The notes under the pieces were generated by a model that had not been told where the DNA came from, did no database searches, and saw only the letters and a program-made list of their open reading frames with translations. A DNA stretch of 37,524 nt, the filler included, from Sandaracinaceae bacterium (GTDB lineage: Bacteria; Myxococcota_A; Polyangia; Polyangiales; JADJQN01): the NCBI GenBank assembly GCA_947483975.1. It is 12 parts of 12 records of this genome, joined end to end, with 100 filler letters (N's around TTAATTAATTAA, not from the genome) between each part and the next. Parts side by side here need not be neighbours in the genome. Positions count along the whole stretch, not along the records: positions 34,525 to 37,524 come from CANKOL010000524.1; 11 more parts are not named here. One strand, 5' to 3'. How positions within the stretch are numbered: the first letter of the stretch is position 1; each line of letters starts with the position of its first letter. The position numbers and the translations under genes are program-made. Below, one piece after another: positions 37,412 through 37,524 of this stretch.

Positions 37412-37524
37412 AAAACGGGCGCACGGTCACCCGCACGACGGGTGGGGCGACGCGACGAGAACCGTCGTGATCGCTCGAGGGAAGCCGGTGGAATACCGGC
37501 ACGGCCCCCGCCACTGTAACTGGG
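37412..37524 (+). promoter_or_regulatory. Cobalamin (B12) riboswitch, 3'-truncated at the window end
   Basis: Conserved core GGGAAGCCGGTG-GAATA-CCGGCACGG-CCCCCGCCACTGTAA (GGGAA, P4 stem with T-loop-like loop, GCCACTGT), with an upstream ACGGT element. Confidence 0.92.

Noticed and set aside
1..37524. tRNA, rRNA, transposase, integrase or phage genes
   Set aside because: None was recognised on either strand by eye. A covariance-model or HMM scan would be needed to exclude them formally.

Overview
This window is not one locus. It is 12 short contigs (about 3.0-3.07 kb each, sorted by decreasing length) joined by identical 100-nt linkers (44 N + TTAATTAATTAA + 44 N), so gene neighbourhoods are only meaningful within each piece. 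The DNA is very GC-rich. The gene content (Cys-rich and RCC1 lipoproteins, PEGA protein plus Ser/Thr kinase, ECF sigma plus anti-sigma, large TPR proteins, J-domain/TPR protein) suggests a myxobacterium, probably Polyangiales/Sandaracinaceae-like (inference). Recognisable genes, many of them partial, are nadD (missed by the ORF track), tilS, prmA, a class I phosphomannose isomerase, an RluA-family pseudouridine synthase, an FAD-linked 2-hydroxyacid oxidoreductase, an Npt/TLC-like transporter, a CASTOR/POLLUX-like channel, a PEP-utilising rifamycin-phosphotransferase-like enzyme, an NtrY-like kinase, SpoIIM/RDD genes and a DHH phosphoesterase. A truncated cobalamin riboswitch sits at the right edge. 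The best candidate for an undescribed system is contig 10 (28306-31315). It holds a fused twin radical-SAM protein (two CNQxCxFC domains, each with a CxxCx5C tail) transcribed head-to-head with a third paralogous radical SAM enzyme from a 67-bp, apparently leaderless, bidirectional promoter. Other signals are a catalytically degenerate metallophosphoesterase coupled to nadD, recurrent leaderless-type promoters, two contig-edge tandem repeats (42 bp and 44 bp) and an unannotated 26-aa membrane peptide. All family assignments come from motif recognition by eye, not from database searches.
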